Source: Candidatus Heimdallarchaeota archaeon
GTDB lineage: Archaea > Asgardarchaeota > Heimdallarchaeia > JABLTI01
Direction: 5' to 3'
DNA length: 32,000 bases
Assembly (NCBI GenBank): GCA_030614005.1
Contig: JAUWKS010000015.1
Coordinates: 1 to 32,000, forward strand
Each line of letters opens with the position of its first letter. Position 1 is the first letter of the stretch. The notes below the pieces were generated by a model that made no database searches, was not told the origin of the DNA, and worked only from the letters and a program-made list of their open reading frames with translations. Shown piece after piece: positions 27,730 to 32,000 of this stretch. The position numbers and the translations under genes were made by a program.

Positions 27730-28011
27730 ATGGCGCTTAGACAAAGTGTAAATAAACGCAAAGGTAAATGGGGCCGAACAAAGGAATTCGAATCCATTGA
27801 GCGAGCACTCATCATTGATGAGGCCCTCAGAGATAAAATGCTCAAAGAAATTCCTAAACAAAGAGTAATCACCCCCACTTCAGTTTGCCAAAGATATCAA
27901 GTTAGGATGTATGTTGCAAATAATCTTATCAAAGAATTAGTTTCTTCTGGAACAATCGTTTTTCATGAAAAAACTGCCTATACTAACGTTTACAAACCAG
28001 TTCAAGCATAA
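27730..28011 (+). CDS. rps25e: 30S ribosomal protein eS25
   Basis: KGKWG, KMLKEIPKQRVITPTSV..RYQVR..VA..LIKELVSSGTI align with eS25 (KEVP..KLITP.V.S.RL.I..SLA...L.EL...G.I). Confidence 0.85.
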   Translation: MALRQSVNKRKGKWGRTKEFESIERALIIDEALRDKMLKEIPKQRVITPTSVCQRYQVRMYVANNLIKELVSSGTIVFHEKTAYTNVYKPVQA

Positions 28012-28051
28012 TCAAAAGTGTTTGACTTGGTTCTATCATTATTTTAATAAT

Positions 28052-28489
28052 TCATTTTAGAGCAATTTTATCCGTAAAAATCACTTCTACATTCTTTAGT
28101 TCTCCCTTTTCCCTTAGTAGGTATCCCTTTGGTTTAGTTGGTTCAGATGTACTGCTTATTAACCAGACACTTGGATTTACTTCCATGAATTTTTTATCGG
28201 TTCCAGAGGGATAGGGAGGTGCAGGATGTGTGTGATATATTCCAACTACTTCCAAATCACTTTCATCAATTTTAGTGTAAATTTCAAGTAAAACTAAAGG
28301 ATCAACAGTAAAGGAAACAGTTGATTTGTCAATGTTTTTTGGAGTGAAAACTTCCTCTGCAAGAGCTTGTCTATCTTTGATTGTTCCGGCAATAATTGAT
28401 ACTGATTCATTTGGTGCAGTATTTTTTGCGTGTTTAACCATTTTTTCAAATAATTCTTCTGGGATAACAATACTATCAATATCAATCAT
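28052..28489 (-). CDS. JAMM/MPN+ (Mov34) metalloprotease
   Basis: PNE...GIYHTHP..PYPSGTD gives an intact E-HxH-x7-S-x2-D motif. Confidence 0.93.
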   Translation of the reverse strand: MIDIDSIVIPEELFEKMVKHAKNTAPNESVSIIAGTIKDRQALAEEVFTPKNIDKSTVSFTVDPLVLLEIYTKIDESDLEVVGIYHTHPAPPYPSGTDKKFMEVNPSVWLISSTSEPTKPKGYLLREKGELKNVEVIFTDKIALK

Positions 28490-28622
28490 ATATTATAATG
28501 AAATTCATCAAGTAATAATTTTTTTATTAGCTGAAATGGGGAACATTCAGTAGAAATTACGCAAGTAAGAAAAAACATTAAAAAGGATATTCAATTCCCA
28601 AATATTAGTAATCTAGCTTTTT

Positions 28623-28658
28623 GCGGGGGTAGCCCAGCTAGGTCAAAGGCGCAGGGTT
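28623..28658 (+). pseudogene. 5' half of a tRNA-Leu-type gene (acceptor 5' strand to anticodon loop)
   Basis: GCGGGGG-TA-GCCCAGCTAGGTCAAAGGC-G-CAGGG-TT matches the archaeal tRNA-Leu 5' pattern; no plus-strand T-arm or CCCCCGC follows in the window. Confidence 0.75.
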
Positions 28659-28677
28659 TCGTTTCGTACCTTAATCA

Positions 28678-28892
28678 TTTCTCCCTCAATATTTCAAAAG
28701 CTATGTGAGCATGAAGTTCTTCATGTTCCTCCCATAATTACAACAAAGCAATCTATTTATAAGGAAGGAAAAAAATTTCCCTTTTACTTTTTTCCGATTT
28801 TAAAAAGTTGATCTTAAGAACACCAAATAAATTTGAGAAAGCAATTTGGTGTGGGAAAGAACTCAAACCCCTGAACTCCTAAGAGGGAGAAA
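28678..28892. repeat. Perfect 10-bp inverted repeat TTTCTCCCTC (28678-28687) / GAGGGAGAAA (28883-28892)
   Basis: Read directly from the sequence; the right copy overlaps the start of the minus-strand tRNA-like 3' half. Confidence 0.7.
28847..28885 (-). pseudogene. Degenerate tRNA-Leu-type 3' half (att-like scar)
   Basis: Minus strand reads CTC-TTAG-GAG (variable arm) TTC AGGGG-TTTGAGT-TCTTT (decayed T-arm) CCCAC-ACCA. Confidence 0.55.
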
Positions 28893-29012
28893 GTGTAACG
28901 AATAGCTACAAAATTTTAGCTATTTATAAGTATAAAATTTAAAAGTTAACATAGGATACTATTTATTAAAAAGAATTTTACCTGCATTTTCATTCATAAG
29001 GTAGGGATTTAA

Positions 29013-30230
29013 ATGAAAAATAACTTGAAAGGCATAGGATTAAAAGTTGATATAAAATCAGATGTGGATAATTACAATAGTAATTATGAAGAATATTTTG
29101 CAAGATTTGGGATATTTAATGGTTCGTTTCTTGAACGAAATAAACCTGGGATAACAAAACAATTCAATTTTATAATTGATCCAGAAACATCTTTTCTAAA
29201 TTATCCAAAAAAATTAATTAGAGAGCACGATTTAGTATTTCAATATACAAACAAATTAACTGATGGAAATTTTAAGAAACGTCATCTCATTGAGGATGGC
29301 AAAGAATATCTTGATCCAGAATTCATTAGAGAAAGACTTGTTCCTTTGACAGAAAATGTTTTACAAATCGAAAGAGGACATTTGTCTTTTGAAGATAAGT
29401 CAATAGCTAATGGTATCGAAAACACTCCAATATTTGTGAGCAATTACTCAGCACCTTATTTTTCATTGATGATTGAAACGTATCCCGATGAAATGGTTGA
29501 ATTAAACGTCGAAAGTTATTCATTAATGAATGAACGAATCAGTAAGGAGGATGTTAAATTTAACAATATAATTTCCATTATTGAGTTATCTCTTAATGAT
29601 CTTAAATATGAAGTTGAAACAAAAAACTGTATTTCGAAAATACTATCAAAAAACCTATCTAAATCTATTTCTTTGAAATTAATCAGATATGGTAATCCAT
29701 TAACAGAAGTTCAGTTACGAACTCTTTATAGAATACTGAAATGGTTGAAAGAGAAGAATTATACAATAATTTCGCAAAATTTAGGTCTTGAAGGCACTAT
29801 TTTATCGTGGTTATTAAGAGTTCCTCTTATAAGTAGAGGATGTTTTTCTGAGCGAATAAACAAGAGAAAAAAAATAGAGGAAAGAAAAGAAGATGATAAA
29901 AAAGAAAAAGTTGGTCCATTCTTTCCTTCTGAAAAAAGATTATATGACCCAAATACATTCCATTTTAGAAAAAACGTGAAATGTAATTGTGATTATTGTA
30001 GGATAAGAAAGGCAGGAAAAGATGGAACACACGATTATGCATCTTTGGGCCATAATTTCAGTGCATTAATTAATGAAAATCAAGACATGGTATCAATTAA
30101 ACATCAAAACCTAAAAGGTCTAATTCAACTCAAACTTGAGGAAGCTATTAGAGAAAGCAATAATTTAGGTATAAAAAAATATCATGTGAATAAATTGAAG
30201 AGAACTATGAAAATAATTTCTGAGGAATAA
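29013..30230 (+). CDS. TGT-like/beta-protein-like Zn-binding TIM-barrel protein
   Basis: FIIDPET near the N-terminus; C-terminal CNCDYC...GHN resembles the tRNA-guanine transglycosylase CxCxxC...H Zn site; canonical TGT catalytic motifs not recognised. Confidence 0.5.
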   Translation: MKNNLKGIGLKVDIKSDVDNYNSNYEEYFARFGIFNGSFLERNKPGITKQFNFIIDPETSFLNYPKKLIREHDLVFQYTNKLTDGNFKKRHLIEDGKEYLDPEFIRERLVPLTENVLQIERGHLSFEDKSIANGIENTPIFVSNYSAPYFSLMIETYPDEMVELNVESYSLMNERISKEDVKFNNIISIIELSLNDLKYEVETKNCISKILSKNLSKSISLKLIRYGNPLTEVQLRTLYRILKWLKEKNYTIISQNLGLEGTILSWLLRVPLISRGCFSERINKRKKIEERKEDDKKEKVGPFFPSEKRLYDPNTFHFRKNVKCNCDYCRIRKAGKDGTHDYASLGHNFSALINENQDMVSIKHQNLKGLIQLKLEEAIRESNNLGIKKYHVNKLKRTMKIISEE

Positions 30231-30233
30231 CAA

Positions 30234-31601
30234 ATGGAAATTTTAGGTTATATACTATCAAGTTTTGCTACCGTTATAACAACTCTTCTAATAACATTCA
30301 TTTTATTATTGTTTGGTAATCGAAAAAAAGGTAAGGAATATTTCCCTCAATTTGAATCTCTATATCTTCATTTAATAGATAAAATTTACGATTTAGAAAA
30401 GAAGCGTTTTATTACAACAAAAATATCACAAGAAAAATCATTAAATTATGTTAAAAAGGCTGTTTCTTGGAAATATTTTTGCTTTGGCATCAAAATTAGA
30501 TTTACTAACAGAGATGAAGGCAAAGTTACTTTTCAAACACTATTAAGGAAAATTCAGAAAAAGCTCATTGATAGCAGTTCAAAGATGGATAAAATTATTG
30601 TTGAAAACCTACTTTTATTTTACTTGTTGGAAAAAAAGTTCCTACCAAATACATTTCGAACAAGCTATGAAAATGAATATAAAAAACATCGAATAGAAAT
30701 ACTAAACAAATATAAAATTGACGAAATGCAATTTCAAACATTATATAGAAAATATATTTCCAAATCAAAGAAAAAAATACCATCAGCTGTTCTTAAAGAA
30801 ATAGTGTTTCTACAAAAAAAGACTGAAAATTCATTAGATAAAATATTAAATGATATATTGTCAAATATAATTAAGTATGTTCACAAATTAATGAAGGAAT
30901 TAAAAGTTGATTTAAAACCTTATATTATGCAAATTGACAAAGAAGAATTATCTGTATTTTTCATTCAATATAAAATTAAATTAAAAGACCCACGTAATAT
31001 AATGATTGAGGCATTAAAAAAGGCTAATTTTAGCAAATTATATCCATTGCATTACACATGGATTAAAGTTGTAGAAAATTCAGAGCTAGCTATAGCAGAA
31101 AATATTGAAAAATGGCTAACAAGTAGATTAGGAAATGCTATTAAAAAAGCAAAAAAAGAAGGAGGAGGAAAATTCTTGATTTTTAAATTTTCATTAAAAA
31201 ATTATCTAGAAAAAAATCTTGGTTTAGAAGATGATCCATATATCTTTACAGATGCATTAGAATTACAGTTTAATGAAAACAAATCTTTAATGGAGAAATA
31301 CATGTTAACTAAAGATATGGATAAACACTATCCACAATTGAATCCAGCAAATTTTCTAATGAATCCTTTAACATTTATTAATTGTATCTTAGAAAAGGAC
31401 ATTAATGAGAACGAATTTAAAGAAATACTACAAACTCACAAGATAGCTGTTGATAATACACTGGAATTAGATGCGATAAAAAAGGAAACATTAAAAGAAG
31501 CTTTTTCATTGTCTGAAAGAGACTATAAACACTTAAAACAGGCTATAAGCACAGTAGATTTAATTACATCTGATTTAACAGGATTAATATATGGATTCTA
31601 A
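30234..31601 (+). CDS. Hypothetical protein with an N-terminal TM anchor
   Basis: Residues ~3-27 are hydrophobic and followed by RKK; starts 3 nt after the upstream stop. Confidence 0.7.
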   Translation: MEILGYILSSFATVITTLLITFILLLFGNRKKGKEYFPQFESLYLHLIDKIYDLEKKRFITTKISQEKSLNYVKKAVSWKYFCFGIKIRFTNRDEGKVTFQTLLRKIQKKLIDSSSKMDKIIVENLLLFYLLEKKFLPNTFRTSYENEYKKHRIEILNKYKIDEMQFQTLYRKYISKSKKKIPSAVLKEIVFLQKKTENSLDKILNDILSNIIKYVHKLMKELKVDLKPYIMQIDKEELSVFFIQYKIKLKDPRNIMIEALKKANFSKLYPLHYTWIKVVENSELAIAENIEKWLTSRLGNAIKKAKKEGGGKFLIFKFSLKNYLEKNLGLEDDPYIFTDALELQFNENKSLMEKYMLTKDMDKHYPQLNPANFLMNPLTFINCILEKDINENEFKEILQTHKIAVDNTLELDAIKKETLKEAFSLSERDYKHLKQAISTVDLITSDLTGLIYGF

Positions 31602-31795
31602 ATTAGAAAACACATTTAACAAATATTCTTTTTTTTATCAAATTTAAGTAATTGATATTGAGATTAACAAAAAACTTGAATGAATATGATTGGTGAAGTG
31701 AATGTAATTCGAACATGTGAACTTCTGCAAAAGAATCTGAAAAGAAAGATTAGTATCATAATAATAATTTGAAAATTTTAATTTTTAGAAATTGC

Positions 31796-31999
31796 CTAAT
31801 TATCAACATCAGGAGTAGTTAAATCCTGAAAGTCAGTGATTCGCATATTTTTATCTATTTCCCTCTGGAGAATTTCTTTTCGTTTTTCTTCTTGCATATC
31901 TTCTTCTGTTGGGAATATTTTCCACCACAATTTCTTAATTTGCTTTGGGATGACTATAAATGTAAGACCAAATATAATACCACAAACCAAAAAATACAA
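31796..31999 (-). CDS. C-terminal part of a small membrane protein truncated by the window edge
   Basis: Frame open to the window end; hydrophobic segment followed by a charged tail. Confidence 0.5.
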   Translation of the reverse strand: MYFLVCGIIFGLTFIVIPKQIKKLWWKIFPTEEDMQEEKRKEILQREIDKNMRITDFQDLTTPDVDN

Positions 32000-32000
32000 G

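Larger units (their letters stand above)
28886..32000. mobile_element. Probable left part of an AT-rich genomic island bounded by tRNA-Leu fragments
   Basis: Visibly lower GC than core genes, Lys/Ile/Asn-rich orphan ORFs, att-like tRNA 3' half at the border; no integrase inside the window. Confidence 0.45.

Noticed and set aside
28657-28864. Group I intron in tRNA-Leu
   Set aside because: The putative intron would not end in G, and no P7 core is recognisable.
28623-28873. One tRNA with a ~200-nt intron using CAGGG/CCCTG (28869-28873) as anticodon stem; the only BHB-compatible register would give a UCA (Sec/opal) anticodon
   Set aside because: No plus-strand T-arm or acceptor 3' strand follows. 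CCCCTG is better explained as the reverse complement of the minus-strand T-stem. A 4-bp match among seven registers is plausible by chance, and the body is Leu-like, not Sec-like.
28659-28900. Trans-splicing of these two halves with each other
   Set aside because: The 5'-half trailer and 3'-half leader share identical, not complementary, sequence, and the 3' half is decayed.
1-32000. CRISPR array, rRNA, transposase or integrase
   Set aside because: No regularly spaced repeats, long GC-rich structured RNA, or DDE/tyrosine-recombinase motifs were seen in the window.

Overview
Low-GC archaeal window, most likely Asgard (Heimdallarchaeia-like); this is inferred from eS25, TFB, RFC, Rab-like/MglA GTPases, and longin, MIT, JAMM and PLAT domains. 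Housekeeping genes (truA, bcp, YyaL-like, nucleotide-sugar dehydrogenase, tfb, rfcS, ahcY, ridA, SPFH, HPS-like, eS25) are interleaved with eukaryote-like proteins. Highlights: (1) a divergent cluster longin <- Rab-like GTPase <-> Zn-finger/GRAM-GLUE/steadiness-box protein -> MglA GTPase (3095-7890), a candidate GTPase-to-ESCRT-I module; (2) an MIT-polyproline-degenerate HEPN protein; (3) a stand-alone PLAT-domain protein; (4) a 50-aa CdrS-like RHH gene missed by the ORF track; (5) tRNA-Pro(GGG) with two 31-nt introns; (6) a tRNA-Leu 5' half (+) facing a decayed tRNA-Leu 3' half (-), with a 10-bp inverted repeat, at the edge of an AT-rich island encoding a TGT/beta-like Zn TIM-barrel protein and a membrane-anchored partner. 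All domain calls come from motif recognition by eye; no searches or folding programs were run.
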